Shown here: one piece after another, positions 63,171 through 64,000 of the stretch
How the letters are laid out: each line of letters opens with the position of its first letter
Position numbering within the stretch: the first letter of the stretch is position 1
From: Squalus acanthias
Taxonomy: Eukaryota
Assembly (NCBI GenBank): GCA_030390025.1
Contig: CM059432.1
Location: forward strand, 113,710,001-113,774,000
Reading direction: 5' to 3'
Length of the DNA: 64,000 bases
Translations under genes and position numbers: made by a program
The notes under the pieces: model-generated
The model's input: the letters and a program-made list of their open reading frames with translations, nothing else
Database searches by the model: none
Told to the model about the DNA's origin: nothing

Positions 63171-63638
63171 CAGCTGTGGCTCAGCTGGTAGCACCCTCGC
63201 TTCTGAGTCAGAAGGTTGTGGGTTCTAAGTCCCACTCCAGGAACTTGAGCATATAAAACTAGGCTGATACTCCAGTGCAGTGTTGAGGGAGTGCTGCACT
63301 GTTGGAGGTGCTGTCTTTCGGATGAGAAGTTAAACCAAAGTCGCGTCTGCCCTCAGGTGGACGTAAAAAATCCCAAGGTGCTATTTTGAGGAAGAGCAGG
63401 GGAGTTATCCCCGGTGTCCTGACCAATATTTATCCCTCAATTAACATGACAAAAAAACAGATTATCTGATCATTATCACTTTGCTGTTTGTGGGAGCTTG
63501 CTGTGTGCAAATTGGCTGCCGCGTTTCCCACATTACACCAGTGACTACACTCCAAAAGTACTTCATTGGCTGTAAAGCGCTTTGAGATGTCCGGTGGTTG
63601 TGAAAGGCGCTATATAAATGCAAGCCTTTCTTTTCTTT
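63171..63638 (+). mobile_element. Full-length tRNA-derived SINE with Deu-like central domain and L2-like tail
   Basis: A box TGGCTCAGCTGG; B-box-like GGTTCTAAGTCC; central GGACGTAAAAAATCCC...GAAGAGCAGGGGAGTTATCCCCGGTGTCCTG; tail GCGCTATATAAATGCAAG. Confidence 0.8.
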
Positions 63639-63799
63639 GGCAGGAATCTGCTTCAATCAGGATTTCATATCTACGAATATTGTTGAATTTCCTGTTTGGT
63701 TTAATTGGGGTTGATGTACTGATTGTATTGAATGTATTGGCACAGCTCCCACCGGTTATTAATGCTGCTCCTTCAACTGCTGGACTAGTTTGGCCGAAC

Positions 63800-64000
63800 C
63801 CACTTCAGTCTCATTCAGCCCCTTGGACTAACTTGAATGGTTCTTTGATGAAATAACGGAGACGGTTACTGAAGGTTGATGTTATGTATATGGACTTTCA
63901 GAAGGTGTTTGATAAAGTACCACATAATAGACTTGTTAGCAAAATTGAAGCTCTTGGGATTAAAGGGAGAGTGGCAGCATGGACACAAAACTGGCTGCAA
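63800..64000 (+). mobile_element. CR1 RT fragment running off the window end (other short CR1 pieces near 6620-7260, 48380-48660 and 51070-51430)
   Basis: VDVMYMDFQKVFDKVPHNRL motif. Confidence 0.8.

Overview
Eukaryotic (vertebrate) genomic DNA, most likely a cartilaginous fish (inferred from the repeat repertoire: CR1 LINEs, Deu-domain tRNA SINEs, Penelope-like elements). The window lies inside the dihydropyrimidinase gene DPYS (+ strand). It holds four exons equivalent to human exons 2-5 (23681-23839, 36650-36829, 39375-39564, 56530-56686); I did not find exon 1 or later exons. The introns are mostly nested transposable elements. Main highlights: (1) an apparently intact autonomous PIF/Harbinger DNA transposon (42398-46650) with TIRs, a CAA TSD, an uninterrupted DDE transposase and a convergent three-exon Myb/SANT gene, plus two related non-autonomous derivatives and several older Harbinger relics; (2) two families of Penelope-like retroelements whose terminal repeats carry minimal hammerhead ribozyme motifs and whose insertions show inverted ends with TSDs; (3) an APE-RT LINE family with no visible ORF1 whose two long copies both start with the same tRNA-like Pol III head. 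All calls come from reading the sequence by eye; no database searches were run, and boundaries of degenerate repeats are approximate.
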